Below are positions 36,936-47,266 of a stretch of 64,000 bases of DNA, piece by piece. The DNA lies in NCBI GenBank assembly GCA_018238155.1, contig JABCTZ010000003.1:32001-96000 (forward strand), read 5' to 3'. How positions within the stretch are numbered: position 1 is the first letter of the stretch; each line of letters starts with the position of its first letter. This DNA is from Candidatus Heimdallarchaeota archaeon (GTDB lineage Archaea; Asgardarchaeota; Heimdallarchaeia; JABLTI01). A program made the translations under genes and the position numbers. A model generated the notes under the pieces. It saw nothing but the letters and a program-made list of their open reading frames with translations, made no database searches and was not told where the DNA came from.

Positions 36936-39638
36936 ATGTCATCAAAGTCCACGCCAATGATGAAACAATTTTCCAAATTTAAACGTAAATATCCTGATTG
37001 CTTTATTTTATTCAGAGTAGGTGATTTTTTTGAGCTCTTTGGTGATGATGCTAAATTAGGTGCCAAGATCTTAGGTATTACTCTCACCGCACGTTCTGGT
37101 CTTCCTTTAGCTGGTGTTCCTGCAAAAGCTGTTGATGGATACATGTCTACACTTGTTAAGCATGGTTACAAAGTAGTTATCGTTGATCAATTAGAAGATG
37201 CAAGTGAAGCTAAAGGTCTAGTTAAGCGTGGTGTAACTCGCATTCTTACCCCTGGTACTCTCACTGAAAGTGCCATGTTAGAGTCGAGCGAAAATAACTA
37301 TATTATTTCAATCTTTGAAAAAGGGAGAAATTTCGGTCTTGCTTTAGCTGACGTTTCAACTGGTGAGTTTCGAGTTACTCATTTCATTGAAGGCGTTCCT
37401 TTAGATGAGCTTATTCTTGAATTAAATCGTATCTCTCCCACTGAGTGTTTAGTTCCTGAGAAAGGAAATTTCCCAGAAACCATTTTTACTTGCTTAGAGG
37501 GAACAATGATCTCTCATCTGGAACCTTATCGTTTTTCTCATGATAGTGCTTATCAACTTTTAACAGAGCATTTCAACACAAAAACTCTCGAAGGTTATGG
37601 TTGTGAAAATAAACCTCTTGCGATCTCTGCTGCAGGTGCTCTCTTAGATTACCTTATGGAAACCCAGAAAACAAAATTAGACAACATTCGGCAATTATCA
37701 TTGTACTCCACAAAAGGGTTTATGGTTATTGATCCCGCATCATTCCGTAGTCTTGAATTGACTAAAAATGTTAGAGATAACACTTCCAAAGGAACTCTTG
37801 TAGAAATCCTCGATAAAAGTTGCACTTCAATGGGTGGTCGGTACATTAGAAGGACTGTTCGAAGACCATTACTTGATCCTAAATTAATCAATGAACGTTT
37901 AGATGCTGTTGAAGAATTTGTTGACAATTCTTTTGCTCGAGAGGATTTACGAACCGCAATGAAATCCATCCAAGATTTAGAGCGCTTAGCTAGTCTCGTT
38001 TCTTTGAGGCGTGCTAATGCTAGGGATATTGTTTCAATTAAAAATTCGCTCAAAATTATTCCTTCAATTACAAAAATCTTGAAAACATTGACTACTACCG
38101 CACCAAAAAGAATAATCAAAGAATTTGATAAATTGAGTTCATTAGTTAAGCTTATTGAATCTGCAATCAAGGAATCTCCTTCTCCAACTTTGAAGGACGG
38201 TGGGATAATAAAAAGTGGTTACAACATTGAGCTTGACGCTCTTCGAGATATATCTGAGGGTGGGCGTAAATGGATCATTCAATATGAACGGGAAGAAAAA
38301 ACAAAAACAGGTATTAAATCACTTAGAATCGAATATAACAGAGTGCTTGGATATTATATTCAAGTCGGAAAGAATTATCTCAATTTGGCTCCAGAAAACT
38401 ACGTTCAAAAACAAGAAGTTACAAATGGCAAACGATATTTCACCTCCGAACTGAAAGAATATGAAGCTAAAATACTCAATGCTAAAGAACAAATTAATGA
38501 TTTAGAATACAAACTCTTTGGTGAAATTCGCGATAAAGTTCATGATGATATTGGCAAGATTCTCATTAATGCTGAAAAGATTTCTGAAATAGATTGCTTG
38601 ACTACTTTTGCAGCTGTATCACGAAATAATGCTTATGTTAGACCGACTGTAAATAATTCATTCAAACTAGAAATCAAAAATGGACGGCACGCAGTAGTAG
38701 AAAAAATGCTTCTTGATCAACCATTTATTCCCAATGATTCCAAAATGGATAATAAATCAGATCAGTTATTGATCATTACCGGACCGAATATGAGTGGCAA
38801 ATCCACATACATCCGGCAAGTAGCCTTAATTACTTTGATGGCTCAAATGGGTTGTTTTGTTCCAGCTGATAAAGCAACAATCGGTGTTGTTGATAGAATT
38901 TTCACTCGAATAGGAGCTTCTGATGATATTTCAAAAGGGTTATCTACTTTCTTAGTTGAAATGAATGAAACCGCTAACATACTCAATAATGCAACCAAAC
39001 GCAGTCTAATAATTTTGGATGAAATCGGTCGAGGAACTTCAACTTATGATGGTGTAAGCATTGCTTGGGCTATTGCAGAATATATTCATAACTCCAAGAA
39101 TTTGGGCTCAAAGACATTGTTTGCGACTCATTATCATCAATTAATTAACCTTGAACAATATCTTGAACGCGTAAAGAATTATAGTGTTCAAGTAAAGAAA
39201 AAGGATGATCAGATACTTTTCTTACACAAAATCGTTCCAGGTGGAACTGATAAGAGCTATGGTATTCAAGTAGCAAAACTCTCTGGTATGCCTGATGCTG
39301 TCATAAATCGTGCAAAAGAAATTCTGCACTATCTCGAATTACAGTCCAATAATTCAGATGAAACTACTACTAAAAAAGATCTGCCAAAACTTGCTTCAAT
39401 TCAAACCAATCTATTCGGATTGGTAGCAGCAGGTAACACTCAAAACGCTACTACAAATGTCGCTCTGACAAAAAGTATCTTTAACCAATCTCAGCGAGAC
39501 GAAAAAGATAGAATTAATGACGAAATCGTTGAAGAATTAAAAGAGTTAGAAATAGATTCTCTTACTCCATTAGAAGCTATGAATAAACTCAATCAAATTA
39601 TTGAACGTGTGAAGAAAAGCTTTGAAAATTTAAAATAA
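36936..39638 (+). CDS. mutS: DNA mismatch repair protein MutS (MutS1)
   Basis: TPMMKQF, GDFFELF, ITGPNMSGKST, STFLVEM, DEIGRGTST, FATHY, SYGIQVA. Confidence 0.97.
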   Translation: MSSKSTPMMKQFSKFKRKYPDCFILFRVGDFFELFGDDAKLGAKILGITLTARSGLPLAGVPAKAVDGYMSTLVKHGYKVVIVDQLEDASEAKGLVKRGVTRILTPGTLTESAMLESSENNYIISIFEKGRNFGLALADVSTGEFRVTHFIEGVPLDELILELNRISPTECLVPEKGNFPETIFTCLEGTMISHLEPYRFSHDSAYQLLTEHFNTKTLEGYGCENKPLAISAAGALLDYLMETQKTKLDNIRQLSLYSTKGFMVIDPASFRSLELTKNVRDNTSKGTLVEILDKSCTSMGGRYIRRTVRRPLLDPKLINERLDAVEEFVDNSFAREDLRTAMKSIQDLERLASLVSLRRANARDIVSIKNSLKIIPSITKILKTLTTTAPKRIIKEFDKLSSLVKLIESAIKESPSPTLKDGGIIKSGYNIELDALRDISEGGRKWIIQYEREEKTKTGIKSLRIEYNRVLGYYIQVGKNYLNLAPENYVQKQEVTNGKRYFTSELKEYEAKILNAKEQINDLEYKLFGEIRDKVHDDIGKILINAEKISEIDCLTTFAAVSRNNAYVRPTVNNSFKLEIKNGRHAVVEKMLLDQPFIPNDSKMDNKSDQLLIITGPNMSGKSTYIRQVALITLMAQMGCFVPADKATIGVVDRIFTRIGASDDISKGLSTFLVEMNETANILNNATKRSLIILDEIGRGTSTYDGVSIAWAIAEYIHNSKNLGSKTLFATHYHQLINLEQYLERVKNYSVQVKKKDDQILFLHKIVPGGTDKSYGIQVAKLSGMPDAVINRAKEILHYLELQSNNSDETTTKKDLPKLASIQTNLFGLVAAGNTQNATTNVALTKSIFNQSQRDEKDRINDEIVEELKELEIDSLTPLEAMNKLNQIIERVKKSFENLK

Positions 39639-39834
39639 TCATTATTAAATTCAGAATTCCGTTTACATTAACCATTTTTCTTAAACAATCCAAATCTATT
39701 TTTTCTCCTCAGTGGTTCTTGTCCACAAAGATAAATAGTATTTCAAAAAATTCAGTTGTATTGTAATTAGATAGAAACGGTTTTTAAATACTGATTTCCA
39801 TTGAATTTAAACAGAAAGCTTTGGTGCTATTACC

Positions 39835-41658
39835 ATGAGTAAAAAAAAGAGACCCATCGTTCAATTAGATCAAAAAACCATCAATAAAATTGCTGCTGGG
39901 GAAGTAGTCGAGCGTCCAGCATCTGTAGTAAAAGAGCTAATAGAAAATTCAATTGATGCTCAAGCTACCGAGATTTCAATCTTTCTTGAAGGGTATGGAT
40001 TGGATTTGATACGTGTGGTTGATACTGGCATCGGGATGAATTCTAAGGATGCTGCTTTAGCTTGGAAATCACATACAACAAGTAAGCTAAAAGCTATTGA
40101 GGATTTAGATACTATTGTCTCATTAGGCTTTCGTGGAGAAGCATTAGCAAGTATTGCTTCTGTGTCTATGATGGAAATAATCACTCGAGAAGAAACTGCT
40201 CCCACAGGAACAATCGTTCGTGTTAAAGGAGGGAACTTAGAACTAATTGAAGAACGGGAATGCCCTATTGGCACCTCTATTACGATTAAGAACTTGTTCT
40301 ACAATGTTCCTGCTAGAAAGAAATTCTTGAAAACACCTACAACAGAATTGGGTCATATAATGGAAATTGCTAATCGACAAGCATTAATTCATCCGGAAAT
40401 TCACTTTAAATTACAACATAATAAAGCTATTTTACTTAATAGCCCCAGAAGCTCAAACCCATTAGAACCTTTCATATCAATATTTGGTGTAGATTTAGCA
40501 AAACAAATGCTTCCGGTAAATTTTGAGAAAGACGGTATTCAGATTACCGGCTTTACTTCAACACCTAGTCTCTCTCGAGCATCTCGAGACCATGAAATCC
40601 TCTATGTAAACAAACGATACATTCGTAGTAAAATTATTTTTGAAGCGATAGAAGAAGCATATAAAACACTCTTGATGAAACATCGCTATCCTGTTGTACT
40701 ATTAAATATCAACATCGAAAGCTCAAAAGTAGATGTAAATATTCATCCTACTAAACGTGAAGTTCGATTTGGTGAAAGTAGAGTAATATATGATATTATC
40801 AAAGAGGCAATAACTCATACTTTAGAAAATAGTGAATTATGGCGCGAAAACAAAGGGCTACTAAAAAATTCTTCAAATATTGTTGCCCATGCTCAAACTA
40901 GATTGGATGGCACGACTAGCGATACATCAGCTAGTTCTCCAAATAAGAAATCTTCTGCACTATTGAAACCACTAAGTAGTGTTGATTCAAAATTAAGGTT
41001 TGATGATAGTTCTACAGATTTATCTAAAGCAAGTATACTTACTATTTCACCAACTGCAGTTGCTTTATCAGATAATTTTTGGATACGTCCTTTAGGGCAA
41101 GCACATCTCCTCTATATTTTATGTGAATCCAGCGAAGGAATAGCCATTGTGGATATTCATGCAACTCACGAAAGAATCATGTATGAACATTTGCTTGAAT
41201 TGTATCTTAGCGCAAGTTTCGTTACTCAAGAACTCTTACAACCAATAACATTTAATCTCACAGCAGAAGAACGTCTATTTTTAGAAGAAAATATCCCTCA
41301 ATTAGAAAAGGTAGGATTTAATTTGGAGCACTTTGGAGGAAATACATTCATTATTCGTCAATTGCCTGTAATAATGGACTTGATAAAAACTACAGAGGAT
41401 ATCAAAAATCTTATTGATGAAATGAGAAAAGATGTTGCAACTATTCCTGATGTTAATGAACGCTTAGACCTTATACTTAAAACAATGGCTTGTCATTCGG
41501 TTGTAAGGAGTGGAGATCCTGTATCTATTGAAAAAATAAGCGCCATTTTGGAACAATTAAGCAATTGTAAACAACCTTTCACTTGTCCACATGGACGCCC
41601 GACAATTATACGTATAACTGAGAAAGATTTAGAGAAGGAATTTGGTCGTATTGTTTGA
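39835..41658 (+). CDS. mutL: DNA mismatch repair endonuclease MutL
   Basis: IAAGEVVERP, KELIENSIDA, GFRGEAL, DVNIHPTK, DIHATHER, ACH, CPHGRP. Confidence 0.97.
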   Translation: MSKKKRPIVQLDQKTINKIAAGEVVERPASVVKELIENSIDAQATEISIFLEGYGLDLIRVVDTGIGMNSKDAALAWKSHTTSKLKAIEDLDTIVSLGFRGEALASIASVSMMEIITREETAPTGTIVRVKGGNLELIEERECPIGTSITIKNLFYNVPARKKFLKTPTTELGHIMEIANRQALIHPEIHFKLQHNKAILLNSPRSSNPLEPFISIFGVDLAKQMLPVNFEKDGIQITGFTSTPSLSRASRDHEILYVNKRYIRSKIIFEAIEEAYKTLLMKHRYPVVLLNINIESSKVDVNIHPTKREVRFGESRVIYDIIKEAITHTLENSELWRENKGLLKNSSNIVAHAQTRLDGTTSDTSASSPNKKSSALLKPLSSVDSKLRFDDSSTDLSKASILTISPTAVALSDNFWIRPLGQAHLLYILCESSEGIAIVDIHATHERIMYEHLLELYLSASFVTQELLQPITFNLTAEERLFLEENIPQLEKVGFNLEHFGGNTFIIRQLPVIMDLIKTTEDIKNLIDEMRKDVATIPDVNERLDLILKTMACHSVVRSGDPVSIEKISAILEQLSNCKQPFTCPHGRPTIIRITEKDLEKEFGRIV

Positions 41659-41702
41659 TTTTCGGACTAAATTTCCACCACTAAAGTCAAAATTCTTCAT
41701 TA

Positions 41703-41738
41703 TTTGTTCATTCTATTCTGAACAGTTCATGAACAGTT
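41703..41738. promoter_or_regulatory. Putative operator: tandem palindromic TGAACAGTTCA / TGAACAGTT
   Basis: Palindrome at 41719-41729, immediately repeated at 41730-41738; additional half-site TGTTCA at 41705-41710. Confidence 0.35.
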
Positions 41739-41923
41739 TCTTTCCTCGACAAAACAATACATTTAATAAACCATTAACTAATTTAATAAAACAATAGTTT
41801 AAAATATAGGTACTTCTTTAAGTCACCCAAAAAGTATATATTTCGTTATAATAAATAAAATACAACTCTATATTCCTATGCAAATTAGGAGTACTAGATT
41901 TGGCCTAATAATATTATAGGAAG

Positions 41924-43573
41924 ATGATTCGAATTATGAAAAAAAGCAAAATTTTAGCTGCAGTATTGTTACTTGCAATGTTTTCAAGCGTGTTTACAGT
42001 TGGAACAGTAACATTACCAGCACAAACTGGTTCTGCATCAGCTCCAGTTACCGAGTCTGAAATATTCACTCCTGACGCAATGGGAGACCCAATGGGTAAC
42101 AAAGGTATACTAGCTGATAACGCAACTGGACATAGTTTCACCGCAGATGGTGATTTAGCCGATTGGGTTGGTATGTCCTTTGAAATGTTCGGTGGAGTAA
42201 ACGTCTCTTTAGCTTTTGACGCCACTAATGTTTACATTGCATTACAATGGAAAGACACAACTTATGACGTTTCCGTTGGTCAATGGAATAAGACAGGTAT
42301 GCTCAATGATACACTCGTTGATTGGCAATTTGTTAATGGTGCTGATGATGTTGTTCAAGTTGGTTTCTCACAAGGAGCCTATACAGATCTTATGGTCTGG
42401 ACTACCTCAACTAGAACCAATGATGTCTATGCATTTGAATGCAACGCTTCTGGACAAGCAGATTTGGGTGTTCTCCCATACCTTATGAACACAAACGTAA
42501 CAGGCACTTTTGATGGTGCTAAACCAACACTTCAAAACGATTTCGCAACTCCAATTACAAATGAAGTTACAGATGCTAATGGTACTATGTATCATGCTTG
42601 GTACAATACTACAACCCCATCTACACTTGGTCAAACAGATACTGACGTTTCCGCAGATTGGAATTCTACCTTAATGGATCATTACACTGTTGAAATGACT
42701 CGTGCATTAGACACTGGTGATGCCACTGACTTTGCTCTTAACTTTTCAGAAGCTATGACCTTCCATGTCGGAGCTGCCAGCCAAGATAACACATATGATA
42801 TGCTCATTTCAACAAGCTCATATTCTGTTGCTTTAACAAATGACGCAGCCGCTCTAACATTCACAACAATTACTGGCGCAGTTCAAAACGATGCACTCGT
42901 AATAACTGGTGGTGTGTTTGATGACTTTTCAGATTACACATTAACTATTCAATTAACTGGATGGGCTGACACTTATGGACCTGGTGCATGGTTTGCTCCT
43001 GATGTCAATGCAGTAACTGGCAACTATAGTTTCTTATTCTTCTTTGATGAATGGGATATGCCTTTAGGTACACATACAATCTTTGTTACACTCTATACAA
43101 TGTACGAAGCTCCAATTCAATTAAATCAAACAATTGTAATTGATGATACCAAAGCTCCAACTATTCAAGGTATTGTAGATATGCAAGAAAGATATCCAAC
43201 TGGTGTTCCTCTAGACGAGGATTACGTTATTGTAACTGTTGGTCTCGATGATGATTACTGTCACAATAATGATATTTCTGCTTTCCTTTACTCATGGGTA
43301 GATGATAATGTCGCAAATCCAACTGATATGGTACAATTCGCTCCTGGAAGTACAACTTTCACAGCAAACATAACAATTCTCCATACAGTTGGAGTAGTAA
43401 GCAATTACACATTCTTCATACAAGTCTGGGATACAAACTACAACAAATTTACTACTCAGCACTACTGGTTCTTAGATGGAAACCCAACAGAGACTGTACC
43501 AGCATTTGGTATAATCGCCGGTTTATTCGGTTTAGCTGCTTCAGCCTTTATTATTAAGAAGATCAAGAAATAA
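41924..43573 (+). CDS. Cell-surface glycoprotein with a DOMON/CBM9-like N-domain, Ig-like domains and a PGF-CTERM-like anchor
   Basis: Signal peptide; DGDLADW, VYIALQWKD, YTVEMTRALDTG; many NxT sequons; C-terminal VPAFG-TM-KKIKK. Confidence 0.75.
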   Translation: MIRIMKKSKILAAVLLLAMFSSVFTVGTVTLPAQTGSASAPVTESEIFTPDAMGDPMGNKGILADNATGHSFTADGDLADWVGMSFEMFGGVNVSLAFDATNVYIALQWKDTTYDVSVGQWNKTGMLNDTLVDWQFVNGADDVVQVGFSQGAYTDLMVWTTSTRTNDVYAFECNASGQADLGVLPYLMNTNVTGTFDGAKPTLQNDFATPITNEVTDANGTMYHAWYNTTTPSTLGQTDTDVSADWNSTLMDHYTVEMTRALDTGDATDFALNFSEAMTFHVGAASQDNTYDMLISTSSYSVALTNDAAALTFTTITGAVQNDALVITGGVFDDFSDYTLTIQLTGWADTYGPGAWFAPDVNAVTGNYSFLFFFDEWDMPLGTHTIFVTLYTMYEAPIQLNQTIVIDDTKAPTIQGIVDMQERYPTGVPLDEDYVIVTVGLDDDYCHNNDISAFLYSWVDDNVANPTDMVQFAPGSTTFTANITILHTVGVVSNYTFFIQVWDTNYNKFTTQHYWFLDGNPTETVPAFGIIAGLFGLAASAFIIKKIKK

Positions 43574-43575
43574 GA

Positions 43576-43610
43576 ATAGGAACCAAGTTCCTATCTTTTT
43601 TTATTTTTTT
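43576..43610 (+). terminator. Hairpin plus T-tract terminator
   Basis: ATAGGAAC-caa-GTTCCTAT followed by CTTTTTTTATTTTTTT. Confidence 0.55.
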
Positions 43611-43791
43611 AGTCTGTAATAATGAATTTGAGATTATCTCCTATTTTTTTAGAGATAAAAAACGCTTTTAATGTTAATTGAGTGAATTTATATAATGCAT
43701 TCGTATCAAAACTTTTATCTAATTTTTATTTTATCAGTAAGAATTAATAAGAGAACAAGCTCTGTTTGATAGATAGATAGGAGAACACAAG

Positions 43792-44973
43792 ATGTCTAAA
43801 GATAGTAAAAAGAAAGCCCCCTCAAAGAAGAAAACAGCTTCAAACAAAAAAACAACCACTAAAAAAGTGGCTACAAGCTCGAAGTCAGCTAAGAAAAGTA
43901 CAACTGGAAAAAAACCTTCCGCAAAGAAACCTACTAAGAAATCTGCTGCAAAAACAACAGACTCTAAAAAAGGACTAACAAAAGCTAAAGCTACCACAAA
44001 AAGAGTTGTTAAAAAGAAATCAGTGGCAAAAAAAGTTGTTAAAAAGAAAGCAGTAGAAAAATCCGAAAAAGAAGGTCCTTTAGAGAAATATCTTCAAGCA
44101 GGAGAAATTTCAATTAAAGTAAAAGAATTGCTAAGGAAGAAAGTGAAAATTGGTGCTTCTGTTTTAGAATTATGTGAAGCAGGTGAAGCTTTGATTACAG
44201 AATTAGGTGGGAAATGGGCTTTTCCATTGAACGTTTCTATAAATAACATTGCGGCACACTATTCTGCTCCTCCTGATGATAATCTAGTCATTAAAAAAGG
44301 AGATATTGTTAAGATTGATTGTGGAGTCCATATGGATGGTTATGTTGCAGATACTGCTTTCACTGTTTCATTTGGAAGTGATCATGGTGACTTGATTAAA
44401 GCTTCTGAAGAAGCAACAAAAGCAGCAATTGATATGATTCGTCCTGGTATTTTTACTGATAGGATTGGAGAAGAAATAGAATCAATAATTAAATCATATG
44501 ATTATCGACCTATTCGTGACCTAACAGGTCATCAACTAGATCAACACCTTTTACATGGATCAATTACTATTCCAAATATTAGTGGCACGAAAGGAATCAA
44601 ACTAGAAGAGGGGCAAGCTTTTGCCATAGAGACTTTCGCAACTTCAGGAACAGGAAGCATTCACCCTGATGAAGGCAGATGTTTCATTTTTCATTTAGTA
44701 CCATTTCAAATCGGTTTACGTTTAGATGCTTCCCGCAAAGCTCGAAAAGTAATTTTAGCTAAATATCGAGACTTTCCATTTACAACTAGATGGATAGCAA
44801 ATGAAATCACTACTCCAACAGCAAAAGTTGCTATTAGAGATTTATCAACTAAGGGACAAATAAAGCGATACCCGGCTTTGTGTGATGTTAAGGGCTCTTT
44901 TGTTTCTCAATCTGAACACACGGTTTACTTAACAGGTAATAGTAGAGTAATCACTACAATGCCAAATCAATAA
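43792..44973 (+). CDS. map: Methionine aminopeptidase type II with a Lys-rich N-terminal extension
   Basis: AFPLNVS, AAHYS, KIDCGVHMDGYVADTAFT, LTGH, AIETFAT, SQSEHT, type-II helical insertion. Confidence 0.93.
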   Translation: MSKDSKKKAPSKKKTASNKKTTTKKVATSSKSAKKSTTGKKPSAKKPTKKSAAKTTDSKKGLTKAKATTKRVVKKKSVAKKVVKKKAVEKSEKEGPLEKYLQAGEISIKVKELLRKKVKIGASVLELCEAGEALITELGGKWAFPLNVSINNIAAHYSAPPDDNLVIKKGDIVKIDCGVHMDGYVADTAFTVSFGSDHGDLIKASEEATKAAIDMIRPGIFTDRIGEEIESIIKSYDYRPIRDLTGHQLDQHLLHGSITIPNISGTKGIKLEEGQAFAIETFATSGTGSIHPDEGRCFIFHLVPFQIGLRLDASRKARKVILAKYRDFPFTTRWIANEITTPTAKVAIRDLSTKGQIKRYPALCDVKGSFVSQSEHTVYLTGNSRVITTMPNQ

Positions 44974-45116
44974 TAACGAACAATAATGAAAATGAGTTGC
45001 TATCCGAAATTACGGCTAAACTGATTTTCAGTTATTATTTATTTTCCAAGTATATTTCGAATAAGTCACAAACAAAGGTTTCTTAAAGTATTTTTTGTAA
45101 ATAATCTATACTAAAG

Positions 45117-46376
45117 GTGAATAGAAGTTTGAATACAGCTGCCTTGCTATCTGAGACAAAAATATTCTATTTTGATGAATTTAGAACAAATTTACAACAA
45201 GCTTCCATTTCTATTGATGAGAAGATTAAATCACTAAAACAAAAAGATGACGATGGAGATCAAGTCGCCAAAGTTCTTCTATATCTCTATAGAGGTGCCT
45301 TTTCAATAATTGAAGGCGAAAAGAAATACCGTAATGAAGATTATATTGGTGCTTCTGTTGAATATATAGAAGGAGAAAAGATGCTTACTCGATTCCAAAG
45401 GATGAGTACTGGTTTCTCTTTGGAATTTCAACAAGATGCTGAACGAATGGACCTTTTCTCTAAAGGTAGAAATTCTGAATGTCTCGCTTTGAAAAAAGGA
45501 ACATCACATGCTGATCAAACTGCAGCATTGTTGGAAGCTGTAAATTCATACACTTTAGAAGTAAAAATTGTTGAGAATTATAGTAACCCACTATTGAAAT
45601 ATAATGCTAAAGCAAGAAAAAATTTCACTAAAGGTTTATCCTTAAAATATAAAGGAGAACAAGCTTTTGATAATAAGAATTTACAATTAGCAAAAAAAAT
45701 GAATTTAGAGGCATACAGATCATTTGTAATTGCAGCTTATTACAATCCTTCATATTCTATTTGGGTTAAAGAACAAGATAACGTTTTGAAAACTATTGTA
45801 CAAATGATTATTGAGAAAAAAGCATCTATTTTGTGGAAAGAAGCTTTTAAACATTCAAATGATGGACAGTTTACTGAAAGTAGCGTGAAATGTAATCTTG
45901 CTTCTAAATTATATCGACGAGCAAGTAAATTATCACTAGATGAAAAAAATGTTAAGCTGTTCACATCCTATTCTTATATGCTAAAATCAAGTATGTATGA
46001 GGCAAATGCAAATGAATTTCTTAAAAATCTCAATGATTCAAAGAAAGCTACACGACAATTTGAAATGGCTGCAGATTTATTGAAACAAGCTATTCAAATA
46101 TTCCCAAATAAGGAAAATGATTTAGAAACTGTGAACAGATGGGAAGCACAGCAAGAATATTATTTAGGGCATTTTTATCAATCTCAAGGGATTTTTAATT
46201 TAGACTTAGAGGAGTATCAAGAAGCATTAAATTTGTTTTTTCAATGTGAAAAAATTTTTGAGAAAGCTTCACTAAAAGCAGAAAAAATTACTGATAAAGA
46301 TTTATATGATTTAATTCAGAAATCAATAACTGAGGCACAAGGATACATTGGTATGTGTAATACAGTTTTGGATTAA
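45117..46376 (+). CDS. Hypothetical alpha-helical repeat (TPR-like) protein
   Basis: Long ORF with a helical-repeat pattern (e.g. YYLGHFYQSQG, YQEALNLF). Confidence 0.6.
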   Translation: MNRSLNTAALLSETKIFYFDEFRTNLQQASISIDEKIKSLKQKDDDGDQVAKVLLYLYRGAFSIIEGEKKYRNEDYIGASVEYIEGEKMLTRFQRMSTGFSLEFQQDAERMDLFSKGRNSECLALKKGTSHADQTAALLEAVNSYTLEVKIVENYSNPLLKYNAKARKNFTKGLSLKYKGEQAFDNKNLQLAKKMNLEAYRSFVIAAYYNPSYSIWVKEQDNVLKTIVQMIIEKKASILWKEAFKHSNDGQFTESSVKCNLASKLYRRASKLSLDEKNVKLFTSYSYMLKSSMYEANANEFLKNLNDSKKATRQFEMAADLLKQAIQIFPNKENDLETVNRWEAQQEYYLGHFYQSQGIFNLDLEEYQEALNLFFQCEKIFEKASLKAEKITDKDLYDLIQKSITEAQGYIGMCNTVLD

Positions 46377-46407
46377 AGAAAAAACTAACTAGAATGATTA
46401 ATAGGAA

Positions 46408-46707
46408 ATGAAAAACATGGCTGAACAACCTCTCTGCCCCGAATGTGATCGTCCAATGAATTTTGTTGTTGCAAAATTAACGGAAGATGAAACACCAAAT
46501 GCCGCTGATGTTAAATCAGGTTGGTACTGCCCTGATTGTGGTATTTTCAAACCAACAGAAATGTCAGGAGAAATAGATCTGAGCACTTTGGATATCGATG
46601 TAAAGGATGCAATCAGAATAACTTCTTCCGCTGCATTTTTCATACCTGATGATTGGGTTCTCGAAGATAAAACGGAAGAAGTGAAGAAAATATTAGAGGA
46701 ACTCTAA
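46408..46707 (+). CDS. Small Zn-ribbon protein
   Basis: CPEC ... WYCPDCG. Confidence 0.65.
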   Translation: MKNMAEQPLCPECDRPMNFVVAKLTEDETPNAADVKSGWYCPDCGIFKPTEMSGEIDLSTLDIDVKDAIRITSSAAFFIPDDWVLEDKTEEVKKILEEL

Positions 46708-46768
46708 AAAAACATTTTTGGTTAATGCTCAAGCAGTAACCATTATTCTAATTTAAAATTTATTTCTT

Positions 46769-47026
46769 TTATTTTTCTAGCTCTTTTTGATGACAATCGC
46801 TTAAGAGAATTTGTGCAGTCATGAAAGAGACATCAAGTTTTTCAGATAACAGATTTGCATCTATATCGGGGCAATCAGATAAAATAATTTCCTTCAAATA
46901 TGCTAGTTGTCCTTTGTACAGAGGATTATTTCGTATAATGTTACCATCACTATTTATTATTGAAGTGTTTTTTTGTTTAGTAGTCGTGTTTTGAAATTGT
47001 TCATATGCCATAGTTTCTTCAACCAA
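46769..47026 (-). CDS. Hypothetical protein (possible C-terminal HTH)
   Basis: ORF filling the gap; PDIDANLLSEKLDVSFMTAQILL is HTH-like. Confidence 0.5.
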   Translation of the reverse strand: MVEETMAYEQFQNTTTKQKNTSIINSDGNIIRNNPLYKGQLAYLKEIILSDCPDIDANLLSEKLDVSFMTAQILLSDCHQKELEK

Positions 47027-47266
47027 AGGGTGTTAATTTGTGCTCTCTCTTCGCCTAGATGTCAATCAGATGCTTTTGCTTTTAAAGTAGGATAATAACC
47101 AGAGCATACTCTCGTTTAAAAGCAGTCTTTTTTGTGCTACTCGATAGCTTATAAAACTAATCATTGTGATAGCTTTCTTCTTTACCCGATAGTAAAGGTT
47201 TTTTTAGCTCTGTGTACAATTTAGTATTAGATATTAATTATTACAACTATTTGAAGTGATTAAAAA

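Noticed and set aside
43734-43997. Hydrophobic antisense ORF
   Set aside because: Mirror of the AAA/AAG-rich MetAP tail.
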